This document shows positions 15,680 to 21,081 of a stretch of 21,081 nt of DNA, one piece after another. How positions within the stretch are numbered: position 1 is the stretch's first letter; every line of letters begins with the position of its first letter. The notes beneath the pieces are model-generated. The model saw nothing but the letters and a program-made list of their open reading frames with translations, did not search any database and was not told the DNA's origin. The stretch comes from Armatimonadota bacterium (lineage in GTDB: Bacteria; Sysuimicrobiota; Sysuimicrobiia; Sysuimicrobiales; Humicultoraceae), in assembly GCA_052386995.1 (NCBI GenBank), contig JBQTJP010000078.1, positions 1 to 21,081 of the forward strand, read 5' to 3'. The position numbers and the translations under genes were made by a program.

Positions 15680-16471
15680 TTAGAGGGGCGGCGTAAACCT
15701 CCCGTCGACTGCGGTCCACCCGCCGTCGACGAAAAGCACCGCGCCGGTCACAAAGCTGCTGGCGTCTGACGCCAGAAAGACGACCGGTCCTGCCATTTCC
15801 TCCGCGGAGGCCCACCGTCCCAGCGCCGACTTCGTCGCGTACGCCTGGTACCATTCCGGGCGCTGCTTGATCGGCTGTACCAGCGGCGTGTCCACAACTC
15901 CGGGCGCGATCGCGTTCACGCGCACTCCGCGTGGGCCGAGTTCGGCGGCTAGCGTCCGCGCGATCTGCACGACGCCGGCTTTCGTCGCCGCGTAAATCCC
16001 CTGTCCCGGTTCTACGACCTGCGAGCGGATCGACGAGATGACGATGATGCTCCCACGCCCCTGCCTGGCCATCACGTCTCCCGCGGCCCGCATCACTCTG
16101 AACGACCCCTTGAGGTTGAGGCCGACGACGCGATCGAACTCCTCTTCAGCGTACTGCACAAGCGACTTTCGCACGTTGATGCTCGGCGTTGTGATCAGAA
16201 TATCGATGGTGCCATGCCGCGCCGTGATGTCCGCAATAAGACCGGTCACGCTGGTCGCCTGCGTGATATCCACGTGCGCGGATTCTGCGGTGTGGCCGGC
16301 GCGCGTGATCCCCTCGGTCGTTGAGCGGGCGCCTGCGAGATTCACATCGGCGCAGATCGTGCGCGCGCCGTGGGCCGCCAGACCGGCCGCCGCGGCGGCC
16401 CCGATCCCCGAGGCGGCCCCTACGACTACGGCGACCCGACCGTCGAGCCGGAACATCTGCTCATAGTTCAC
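15680..16471 (-). CDS. Short-chain dehydrogenase/reductase, probably NAD-dependent
   Basis: Motifs VVGAASGIG, an acidic residue at the end of beta-2 (CADVN), ISS, YAATK, VRVNAIAPG and VDGGWT. Start GTG 16471 is 7 nt from SD GAGGAGG. Confidence 0.92.
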   Translation of the reverse strand: MNYEQMFRLDGRVAVVVGAASGIGAAAAAGLAAHGARTICADVNLAGARSTTEGITRAGHTAESAHVDITQATSVTGLIADITARHGTIDILITTPSINVRKSLVQYAEEEFDRVVGLNLKGSFRVMRAAGDVMARQGRGSIIVISSIRSQVVEPGQGIYAATKAGVVQIARTLAAELGPRGVRVNAIAPGVVDTPLVQPIKQRPEWYQAYATKSALGRWASAEEMAGPVVFLASDASSFVTGAVLFVDGGWTAVDGRFTPPL

Positions 16472-16529
16472 GCCCACGCCTCCTCACGATGGCATGCCGG
16501 CCGCCCGGGCAGCCGCGCCTATGGATCGA

Positions 16530-17783
16530 CTACGCGTCTTCGCCCAGAAAATAGACGATGGCGGCTGCGTAGAGCCTGGCCGCCTCCACGAGTTCGCCGA
16601 CCTCGACGCATTCGTCGGCCTGGTGAGGAATCGTACGACTTCCCGGGCCGATGGTGACGATCGGCACGCCGGCCCAGGCGTGCAGGAACGTGCCGTCGGT
16701 CGCCCCCGGTACACCGCCGTGGCGTGGCTCGCGGCCGGTGACCGCGCGATAGGCGCGCTCGACCGCGCGCACGATCGGATCGGTGGCCGGCGTTTCGGTC
16801 CACGGCCGGTCCTCAATGATGTCGACGGCGATCTGCGCCCGGGGATCCGCAGCGCGGATCCGGTCCGCCGCGCCTTGCAGCGCTGCGCAGATTTCCACGT
16901 GGTCTTGGCCTGGGATGGTGCGCACGTCGACGGTCACCTGCGCCTCTCCAGCCATGACGTTGAACTGCGGCTCCCCGTAAATGGGGGCGCGCAGTGTCGT
17001 TGGTGTTATGTAGGGAAGGCCGAGGACGCGGTGCGGTCCGTGTCGTTGCTGCTGGCGTGCTTCTTCCTCGACGAGCCCACTGGCAAAGCGGGAGGCCCAG
17101 GGAATGGGGTTGATGCCGGCATAGGGCATGGCACCGTGGGACATCTTGCCCCGGAAGGTCGCCAAGATGCGCATGGCGCCTTTCTGGCACAGACAAATTT
17201 CATTCTCCTCGGGCTCGCAGATGATGGCGGCGTCAAAACCGCGTGCGTGGCCTTCGCGGACGAACGCCTTGACGCCGAGCATCATCCCTTCCTCGTCGGC
17301 AAGCGCGGCGAGTCGCACGCGCCCGGGTAGGTCGGCAGCCGCGCCGCGCACCGCGGCGAGTGCGACCATCGCCGCGGCCAATCCACCTTTCATGTCCGCG
17401 GCCCCACGTCCGTAGATCCGGCCGTCTTCGAGCGCCGCGTCAAATGGTGGATGTGACCAGGCGGCGTGATCGCCTTCGGTCACGACATCCGTGTGCCCCT
17501 CGAGGATCAGGCTGCTCCCGCCCGGTCGCCCATGCCAGTCGGCCACGATGTTAGGGCGCCCCGGCGCCGCGTCGTGGGCCGAGACGGACAATCCCTGACC
17601 GCGGAGATACTGCGCGACGTAGGCGGCCGCAGCGGCTTCGGTGCCGGAAGGATCGCCGGCACGATACACGCTGGGAATGCGGACAAGCGCGCGCGTGAGT
17701 CGCACAACCTCGTCGCCGTCCACAGCCGCGGCCGCACGGCCGGCCAGCGCGTCAAGCACGCTGTTGTCGAGCCGCCGCGCCAT
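16530..17783 (-). CDS. M20 family metallohydrolase (ArgE/DapE-like deacylase)
   Basis: Motifs EGHTDVV, GRGAADMKGG, ADEE, CEP, SHG, GATDG and HQADE. ATG 17783 has SD GAGGAG upstream. Confidence 0.92.
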   Translation of the reverse strand: MARRLDNSVLDALAGRAAAAVDGDEVVRLTRALVRIPSVYRAGDPSGTEAAAAAYVAQYLRGQGLSVSAHDAAPGRPNIVADWHGRPGGSSLILEGHTDVVTEGDHAAWSHPPFDAALEDGRIYGRGAADMKGGLAAAMVALAAVRGAAADLPGRVRLAALADEEGMMLGVKAFVREGHARGFDAAIICEPEENEICLCQKGAMRILATFRGKMSHGAMPYAGINPIPWASRFASGLVEEEARQQQRHGPHRVLGLPYITPTTLRAPIYGEPQFNVMAGEAQVTVDVRTIPGQDHVEICAALQGAADRIRAADPRAQIAVDIIEDRPWTETPATDPIVRAVERAYRAVTGREPRHGGVPGATDGTFLHAWAGVPIVTIGPGSRTIPHQADECVEVGELVEAARLYAAAIVYFLGEDA

Positions 17784-17850
17784 CAGGTCACATCTCCTCG
17801 CGGGCGCAGTTGGACACTTCGATGAGGTTGTCGTCGGGATCCCGGGACGT

Positions 17851-18741
17851 TCATCGCCGCCGGAGGCGTGGATCGAGTACGTCGCGGATCCCGTCGCCCA
17901 GCAGGTTGAGCCCGAGCACCGCGGTGGCAATCGCCACGCCCGGCCAGATCGCCATCCACCGCGCGACAAAGAGGACGTCACGCGCTTCCTGCAGCATGCC
18001 GCCCCACGAGGGCGTCGGTGGCTGCGTGCCGAGGCCGAGGTAGGAGAGCGAGGCTTCCGCGAGCACCGCCCCGGAAAACGCAACAGTGGCCTGGATGAGC
18101 AGCGGGCCCGCAATATTTGGCAGGATGTGCCGAAGGACGATGCGGGGATCTGTCGCACCCAGCGCGCGGGCCGCCAGTACGAATTCCTGTCCGCGGGTCG
18201 CGAGCGTCTGGGCCCGAGCCAGGCGCGCGAAGATTGGAATCAAGACGACGCCGATGGCCGTCATGGCCTGCACGTGTCCGGGGCCCAGCGCCGCGACCAC
18301 GGTGATCGCCAGCAGCAGTGCCGGAAATGCCATCAACCCGTCGACCACGCGCATGAGCGCCGCGTCGACGCGGCCGCCGCGATGCCCCGAGACCAGTCCG
18401 AGCGGCACCCCGAGGCCCGCGCCGATGCCGACTGCGATCGCTCCGACAGCGAGTGCGATCCGCCCGCCGTAGAGCACGCGGCTCAGCATGTCGCGGCCGA
18501 GCCGGTCGGTGCCGAGTGGATACGCGCCACCCGGCGGCGTGAGCCGACGGGTCGGATCAATGGCCGTTGGATCGTACGGCGCCAGCAGCGGCGCGAGTAC
18601 GGCGAGCACCGTGATGACGCCCACCAGCCCGCCGCCGACCAGAAGCGGAAGGTTGCGCCGCGGACGCCCCTTTGCTTCCGTGGCCGCGCGCGGCGGGACC
18701 GTCGAGACGGGACGGCCTGGATGCGCTTTGCTCAACGCCAT
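17851..18741 (-). CDS. Peptide/nickel ABC transporter permease (DppC/OppC-like)
   Basis: Motifs LAPYDP, LGTDRLGRD, the EAA loop EFVLAARALGA, HILPN and EASLSYLGLG..PP.PSWG. ATG 18741 lies in a TGATG overlap. Confidence 0.93.
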   Translation of the reverse strand: MALSKAHPGRPVSTVPPRAATEAKGRPRRNLPLLVGGGLVGVITVLAVLAPLLAPYDPTAIDPTRRLTPPGGAYPLGTDRLGRDMLSRVLYGGRIALAVGAIAVGIGAGLGVPLGLVSGHRGGRVDAALMRVVDGLMAFPALLLAITVVAALGPGHVQAMTAIGVVLIPIFARLARAQTLATRGQEFVLAARALGATDPRIVLRHILPNIAGPLLIQATVAFSGAVLAEASLSYLGLGTQPPTPSWGGMLQEARDVLFVARWMAIWPGVAIATAVLGLNLLGDGIRDVLDPRLRRR

Positions 18742-19682
18742 CAGTCGTACGCGATCCGGGGATCGACCGCCGTGTAGAGCAGATCGACGAGCAGGTTCAG
18801 CAGCGCAAATGTCACGGCGATGGTGATCACCGCGCCCTGCACGACGGCCAGGTCGCGCGAGTAGATCCCCTGTAGAAGCAGCCGTCCCAGTCCCGGCAGG
18901 CCAAAGACCTGCTCCAGTACGATCGTGCCGCCCAGGAGGAAGCCGAGCTGCAGCCCCGCGACGGTCAGCACCGGGATCAGGGCATTGAAGAGCACGTGGC
19001 GGCGCAGCACGTACGGCTCGGTCAGGCCCTTGCTGTGCGCGGTCCGGACATAGTCGCGGTTGAGCTCGTCGAGGACCGACGCGCGCACCATACGGGCGAG
19101 CGCCGCCGCCCGTTCGATGCCCAGCGCCAGGGCCGGCAGGGCGAGATGGCGCATCCACTGGACCGGGTCGTATGTGAACGCGACGTACCCCTGGAGCGGA
19201 AAGATCGGCAGCGCCGCGGCAAATCCGAGCAGGAGCAGGATGCCCATCCAGAAGGTGGGGACGGCGAGCCCCACCTGCGATCCGGCGAGCACGGCCAGGT
19301 CCACGGGCGACCAGGCCCGCCGCGCCGCCGTGATCCCGAGCGGCAGCGCAACCACCAGCGCCACGAGCATCGCGCTGAACGCGACGGAGAAGGTCACCGG
19401 GAGACGCGCGGCGATCAGCCGCGCGACCGGCTCGCGATACGTGATCGACACACCGAGATCCCCTCGCGCAAGGCTCCCGAGCCAGTCCAGGTAGCGCGCG
19501 AGCACCGGCCGGTCGAGTCCGAACTCGGCGCGCAGCCGTGCGACATCTTCCGCGCGCGCGTCGATGCCGAGCATGAGCACCGCGATATCCCCGGGGATCA
19601 CCTGAAGGGCGATAAACGTGACGGTGGCGACCACCAGGACCGTGGGCGCCACCGTCAGCAGCCGTCGAATGACAAACGGCAT
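18741..19682 (-). CDS. Peptide/nickel ABC transporter permease (DppB/OppB-like)
   Basis: Motifs PGD, GLDRP, GDLG.S, PTFW.G, DYVRTA.SKGL, E.VF..PGLG and DLLY..VDPRI. ATG 19682 lies 1 nt after the binding-protein stop. Confidence 0.93.
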   Translation of the reverse strand: MPFVIRRLLTVAPTVLVVATVTFIALQVIPGDIAVLMLGIDARAEDVARLRAEFGLDRPVLARYLDWLGSLARGDLGVSITYREPVARLIAARLPVTFSVAFSAMLVALVVALPLGITAARRAWSPVDLAVLAGSQVGLAVPTFWMGILLLLGFAAALPIFPLQGYVAFTYDPVQWMRHLALPALALGIERAAALARMVRASVLDELNRDYVRTAHSKGLTEPYVLRRHVLFNALIPVLTVAGLQLGFLLGGTIVLEQVFGLPGLGRLLLQGIYSRDLAVVQGAVITIAVTFALLNLLVDLLYTAVDPRIAYD

Positions 19683-19683
19683 G

Positions 19684-21081
19684 CTATTTTGTCGTCTTGC
19701 GGAAGTCGTACGTATCGACCGCGTAGAGCTGACGGAAGTCCCGCACGCTTCTGTGCGTTCCAACGTACCGGACCGGCGTTCCGAGAACAACAAACATGGC
19801 GTCGTCGGTCATCATTTTCAGGGCTTCGGCATAGATGCGCCTGCGGTGATCGGGGTTGGCGGTGATCCGGCCGGCGTGGATCAGGTCCGCGACCTTTTGG
19901 TTGTCATACCGGATGTAGTTTCTCGCGGGATCTCCCCAGCCGACAAGGCGGCCTTCCGGATCGAGCTTGCCGGTATGCCCGATGATCGTCAGGTCGTACT
20001 CGCCGCCGCCGAAGATGCGCGAGAGCCAGAAGCCGAACTCGACGACGCGCGGGCGCGCGGTCACGCCCACTCTTGCCAGCATCGCCTGCACCAGCTGGCC
20101 CGCTTCGATATGGGGCTGGAACGGCTGGGGCAACGCCAGGTCAAGTGTCAGCCCGCTGCCGTGCCCGGCTTCCGAGAGCAACCGGCGCGCGCGATCGGGA
20201 TCGAACGGATACGGATCGCCCACATCAACCCAAAAAGGACTCGTGACGTCCATGAACACCGCGGAAGCCACCGACTCCGGCCCGTAGGCCGTTCTCAGCA
20301 CTTGCCGGCGGTCGATGGCGTGCCACAGGGCCCGACGGACTCTCACATCCCGCAGCGGCGCCCGGCTGTTGTTGATGGCGACCACGTTGACCAGGCTGGT
20401 CACCTGCGTGATGACCCTCACGTCTGGATTGGTGCGGACTCGGGCCAAGTCGTCCGGGTCGATGCCGTCCACGACGTCGAACTCACCGGACAGCAGGCCA
20501 GCGACCTTGACCGCCCGCTCCGGCACGAACCGGATGAGCACCTCCCGCAGCCTGGGCTGGCCCCTGATCCAATATCCGTCGAAGCGCTGCAGCCTGACCA
20601 GCGAGTCGCGCTGGAACTCGGCCAGGGTGAAGGGCCCGGTGCCGACCGGCCGCGTGCCGAAGTCGTGCTTACGCGCGATCAGGTCGGCCGGAAGGATCGC
20701 GCCCCAGCCTTCGGCCAGAGCCGCCAGCAGCGGCGAGAACCGCTCGGTCAAGACGACGCGAACGGTCTGCGCGTCTACCGCCTCTACGCTTCGTATCGGT
20801 CCGATCTGCAGGCGTCTGGGCGATCGCGTGGCCGGATCGAGGATCCGCTCGAGTGTCGCCTTGACATCACCGGCGTCGAGGATCTTGCCGTGGTGGAAGC
20901 GCACCCCCGACCGCAACTTGAACGTCCAGGTGATGCCGTCGGACGAGACGGTCCAGGACTCGGCGAGGGCGGGTGTGAGCCTGCCTTCATCGTCGGGCTC
21001 GACCAACGTATCATACAGACTCTTCATCACCATGAACGCGAGCGTTGCGGCGGTGCCGTGGGGATCGAGGGTATCCGGTCC
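19684..21081 (-). CDS. ABC transporter substrate-binding protein, family 5 (5' end outside the window)
   Basis: The frame is open to the window edge (GPDTLDPH...). Motifs are LYDTLV, P.LAESW, F.LR.GV.FH, PVGTGPF and D.RVRRAL..AIDR. Confidence 0.93.
   Translation of the reverse strand, partial: GPDTLDPHGTAATLAFMVMKSLYDTLVEPDDEGRLTPALAESWTVSSDGITWTFKLRSGVRFHHGKILDAGDVKATLERILDPATRSPRRLQIGPIRSVEAVDAQTVRVVLTERFSPLLAALAEGWGAILPADLIARKHDFGTRPVGTGPFTLAEFQRDSLVRLQRFDGYWIRGQPRLREVLIRFVPERAVKVAGLLSGEFDVVDGIDPDDLARVRTNPDVRVITQVTSLVNVVAINNSRAPLRDVRVRRALWHAIDRRQVLRTAYGPESVASAVFMDVTSPFWVDVGDPYPFDPDRARRLLSEAGHGSGLTLDLALPQPFQPHIEAGQLVQAMLARVGVTARPRVVEFGFWLSRIFGGGEYDLTIIGHTGKLDPEGRLVGWGDPARNYIRYDNQKVADLIHAGRITANPDHRRRIYAEALKMMTDDAMFVVLGTPVRYVGTHRSVRDFRQLYAVDTYDFRKTTK

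Noticed and set aside
17784..18158. Long N-terminal extensions in the ORF track (M20, dppC-like, lutB, lutC, methyltransferase, glycerate kinase) suggesting fusions
   Set aside because: The extensions overlap neighbouring genes in other frames. Better starts with an SD or stop/start overlap exist at the family N-termini.
1..21081. CRISPR arrays, tRNA/rRNA, riboswitches, IS elements, phage or defence genes
   Set aside because: None was seen. Intergenic gaps are short, and there are no periodic repeats or transposase/integrase motifs. A covariance-model search could not be run.

Overview
This is a GC-rich bacterial chromosomal segment with no rRNA, tRNA, CRISPR array or mobile element that I can support. 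It opens with the 3' end of glpK, a probable decayed yjbQ 5' remnant (-) and a zincin-like metallopeptidase (+). A rhodanese-MBL persulfide dioxygenase fusion (-) is divergent from a ~13 kb co-oriented, mostly translationally coupled run: sppA, a triple-Bateman (6xCBS) protein, a YycJ/WalJ-like MBL hydrolase, MOFRL glycerate kinase, glgA, a GalT-family nucleotidyltransferase, lutABC, a secreted hypothetical protein, an ICMT/PEMT-family methyltransferase and DUF418. Converging on this from the right is a minus-strand unit: a peptide-type ABC binding protein (partial), two permeases, an M20 hydrolase, an SDR and a GT2 gene that looks internally deleted and frameshifted. The most notable points are: a likely CTG start for lutA inside a CTGA overlap; a triplicated CBS-pair protein with poly-Arg linkers coupled to an SppA lacking a clear TM anchor; glgA paired with a GalT-like possible ADP-glucose enzyme among C3-acid genes; and two gene lesions not visible in the ORF track. 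All calls come from motif recognition by eye; no searches were run.
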